A stretch of DNA of 64,000 bases from Vulcanimicrobiota bacterium (GTDB lineage: Bacteria > Vulcanimicrobiota > Vulcanimicrobiia > Vulcanimicrobiales > Vulcanimicrobiaceae). This document shows, in pieces, positions 62,333-64,000 of the stretch. Positions within the stretch are counted from its first letter, which is position 1. Each line of letters starts with the position of its first letter. The stretch is from positions 480,001 through 544,000 of the forward strand of contig CAVRQT010000002.1 of assembly GCA_963723515.1 (NCBI GenBank), read 5' to 3'. The notes beneath the pieces are model-generated. The model ran no database searches and had not been told where the DNA came from. It saw nothing but the letters and a program-made list of their open reading frames with translations. Position numbers and translations under genes: made by a program.

Positions 62333-63544
62333 TTGTTTAAGCGGCTGTTCCCGATTCTCGGGATCACGTTCATCGACATCGTGGGATTCAGCATTATGGT
62401 CCCGCTGCTTCCGTACTTTGCAAAGCATTTCCGAGTCTCTGACTTTACGGTCGGCGTACTGTTCTCGACATTTGCCCTCTGCGGTCTGATCGCCGGACCA
62501 ATTTGGGGAAATATTTCCGATCGCATCGGGCGCAAAGGCGTCCTGATCATCAGTCAAATCGGCGCGACGATCGGATGGGTCATCCTCGCCTTTGCGCCAA
62601 CAATCACGATCGTTTTCATCGCGCGCATCATCGAGGGACTTTCGGGCGGCAACATCGGCGTGACGCAGGCGTACGCCACCGATCTCGTCGATTCGAAAGA
62701 GCGGACACGCGCGTACTCATATATTGCCGCCGCTTTCAGTGCAGGATTCACGCTGGGTCCGGCTATCGGCGGCTTGGTGAACGGACGCCTCGGCTTTGCG
62801 GCTACATTTTTGCTGGCGGCGGCACTTCAGCTGCTGACATTGATTCTCACGATAACGATGCTTCCTGAATCGACGAGCCGTCAGAACCGCGAGGATGTTG
62901 CCTCGTTCAACGAGATCGTTTCCAATCTCAAAGATAAGCGAACCGCTCCCGTGCTTTGGCAAAAACTGGCAATCTCGCTCGGGCTCTACGCGTGGTTCGC
63001 GGTGTTCGCGCTGTACCTGCAGTCGGCGCTCGGCTTTTCGGCATCGCAAACGATGTTCATGTTCGCGGGATATGGCGTCTTCAACACGCTGCTGCAAGTA
63101 TTGCTCGTCGGCAAACTGTCCGACGCCCTTGGAGATCGCCGGACGTCAAATCTGGGCCTTGCGATCCTGGTCGTTGCTTTTGCGCTCATCCCCTTCGTCC
63201 ATACGTTCTGGGGCGTCGTCGTCGCTTTTGCGCTCTTCGGAATCGGGATGTGTCTGACGCAACCGACGATCACGTCGCTATTAAGTCATGCCGCTCCCGC
63301 AAACCAACGCGGCACGATCCTCAGCGTGGCTTCGAGTTTAGACAGTTTTTCCGGCGTCGTGACGCCGATGGCTTCAACGGCCGTTCTCGGACGCTTTGGA
63401 TCGCCGTTTGCAGGCATCGTTTCGATGTGCTTCGAGCTGATCGCATTCGTGCTCGGCCTTTTTTCGACGAAACGAGAGCGGCGGCAAGAAAAAAGCGACG
63501 TCGCGGCAACGTCGCTTTCTGAAGAAAAGCTCGTAGGGGTCTAA
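62333..63544 (+). CDS. DHA1-type MFS transporter
   Basis: GNISDRIGRK, ARIIEG, GFTLGPAIGG, LPES; 12 TM helices. Confidence 0.92.
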   Translation: MFKRLFPILGITFIDIVGFSIMVPLLPYFAKHFRVSDFTVGVLFSTFALCGLIAGPIWGNISDRIGRKGVLIISQIGATIGWVILAFAPTITIVFIARIIEGLSGGNIGVTQAYATDLVDSKERTRAYSYIAAAFSAGFTLGPAIGGLVNGRLGFAATFLLAAALQLLTLILTITMLPESTSRQNREDVASFNEIVSNLKDKRTAPVLWQKLAISLGLYAWFAVFALYLQSALGFSASQTMFMFAGYGVFNTLLQVLLVGKLSDALGDRRTSNLGLAILVVAFALIPFVHTFWGVVVAFALFGIGMCLTQPTITSLLSHAAPANQRGTILSVASSLDSFSGVVTPMASTAVLGRFGSPFAGIVSMCFELIAFVLGLFSTKRERRQEKSDVAATSLSEEKLVGV

Positions 63545-64000
63545 GCGGCTTTTCGTTTCCTTCGCGCAGCCGCCGCTTTCTTTGCGGAAGTGGCCGCAGG
63601 CGCACGATGTTTCTTCGTCTCCTCCAAACTCTGCTGAAGCACGTCCATAAGGTTGACGACCTTGGCGCGCGGCGCGGGTTTCGCCGCCTTGGGTAGCTCT
63701 TTGCCGGCGGCACGCGCTTCAATCATCGCCATCAACTCGTCGTGATACTTGTTTTCAAAGTTCTCGGGCTCGAATTTGCGCGCCGACATCGTGTCGATCA
63801 GCATCTTCGCCATCTTCAACTCTGCCGGCGGCATCTTCTCGGCTTTCGGGAAATCGTACGTGTCGGCCGGGACAATCTCGTCCGCCCAATTCATCAGTTC
63901 GAGCACGAGCGCATCGCCGATCGGCTTAACGGCGGCGATATGCTCCTTGGTCCGAATGACGACGCGCGCGATGGCGACTTTGTTTGCGTTGTTCAGCGAC
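63541..64000 (-). CDS. ku: Ku protein (NHEJ), 5' part outside the window
   Basis: KVAIARVVIRTKEH, WADEI, ELKMAKMLI, VVNLMDVLQQSL, basic tail. Confidence 0.95.
   Translation of the reverse strand, partial: SLNNANKVAIARVVIRTKEHIAAVKPIGDALVLELMNWADEIVPADTYDFPKAEKMPPAELKMAKMLIDTMSARKFEPENFENKYHDELMAMIEARAAGKELPKAAKPAPRAKVVNLMDVLQQSLEETKKHRAPAATSAKKAAAARRKRKAA

Overview
GC-rich bacterial chromosomal window made mostly of housekeeping genes. Gene content and protein style suggest Ca. Eremiobacterota/Vulcanimicrobiota, which is an unverified inference. Main blocks: (i) a menaquinone/respiratory cluster (menG, polyprenyl synthase, tatA, tatC, system II cytochrome c maturation ccsB/ccsA, Rieske protein, fused cytochrome b-c); (ii) a tetrapyrrole operon with unusual fusions (SirC-HemC-short HemD, hemB, mobA, hemL, hemA, CobA-HemD, DUF92); (iii) arginase, AI-2E transporter, class A beta-lactamase-like hydrolase, ilvE, phosphoesterase, fdhD, polX; (iv) rpsO, ggt, pnp, and UbiD/UbiA-type menaquinone genes; (v) a YtrA/GntR ABC operon flanked by two unannotated small ORFs, an M48-RDD fusion, and a wHTH-TPR / AhpD-CMD / TMEM175 cluster; (vi) a DUF5916-type outer-membrane protein, twin acidic microproteins, TetR-MFS, ArsR-SRPBCC, nested REP-like repeats, tRNA-Leu(CAG), htrA, an MFS transporter and partial ku. 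About 20 genes, many essential, carry 1-nt indels; I read these as long-read consensus errors, not pseudogenes. Strongest lead: an AhpD/CMD gene with an in-frame UGA at the redox CxxC position (CDYU) followed by a SECIS-like hairpin, translationally coupled to a TMEM175-type channel. Other leads: an ABC ATPase lacking all catalytic motifs with a membrane partner, an M48 peptidase with HExxH changed to RExxH, twin acidic MSERR microproteins and a 109-nt hairpin abutting the tRNA. No CRISPR array, integrase or transposase was seen.
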